From Patescibacteria group bacterium (lineage in GTDB: Bacteria; Patescibacteriota; Kazan-3B-28; UBA10110), in NCBI GenBank assembly GCA_018817805.1, contig JAHITC010000034.1, positions 1-36,373 of the forward strand: a stretch of 36,373 nucleotides of DNA, read 5' to 3'. Shown one piece after another: positions 36,373 through 36,373 of the stretch. A model generated the notes under the pieces. It searched no databases. It worked only from the letters and a program-made list of their open reading frames with translations, and was not told where the DNA came from. Each line of letters starts with the position of its first letter. The stretch's first letter is position 1. The position numbers were made by a program, and so were the translations under genes.

Positions 36373-36373
36373 G

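Noticed and set aside
1-36373. Alternative genetic code (UGA read as Gly, as in Gracilibacteria/Absconditabacteria)
   Set aside because: Core genes are full length under code 11, and TGA ends gatA, murI, the TagA-like gene and the methyltransferase at expected positions

Overview
AT-rich bacterial chromosome segment that looks like Patescibacteria (CPR). This is inferred from the gene repertoire, including a stand-alone DUF87/coupling-type ATPase, a PEGA protein, a sortase and CPR-type hypotheticals. Housekeeping genes are a D,D-carboxypeptidase, der, pth, mfd, dedA, gatCAB, murI, gltX, three GT4 enzymes, a TagA/WecB glycosyltransferase, murA, glyA, a TRM11-like methyltransferase, tRNA-Gln(CUG) and tRNA-Leu(CAA). 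They are interspersed with self-contained orphan units, most with their own Shine-Dalgarno and terminator. Main unexplained signals: (1) a 30-bp exact direct repeat with a tRNA-3'-end-like shape brackets a 364-bp promoter-SD-peptide-terminator cassette, and a third diverged copy sits in the same position behind another orphan gene 9 kb away, suggesting an att-like cassette system; (2) three unannotated structured RNA candidates with clear promoters, two of which display anti-Shine-Dalgarno loops, in a genome where several core genes look leaderless; (3) the C-terminus of a probable DGR-type reverse transcriptase at the window edge, followed by a non-autonomous IS200/IS605-like miniature element. 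All calls were made by eye, without database searches or folding software.
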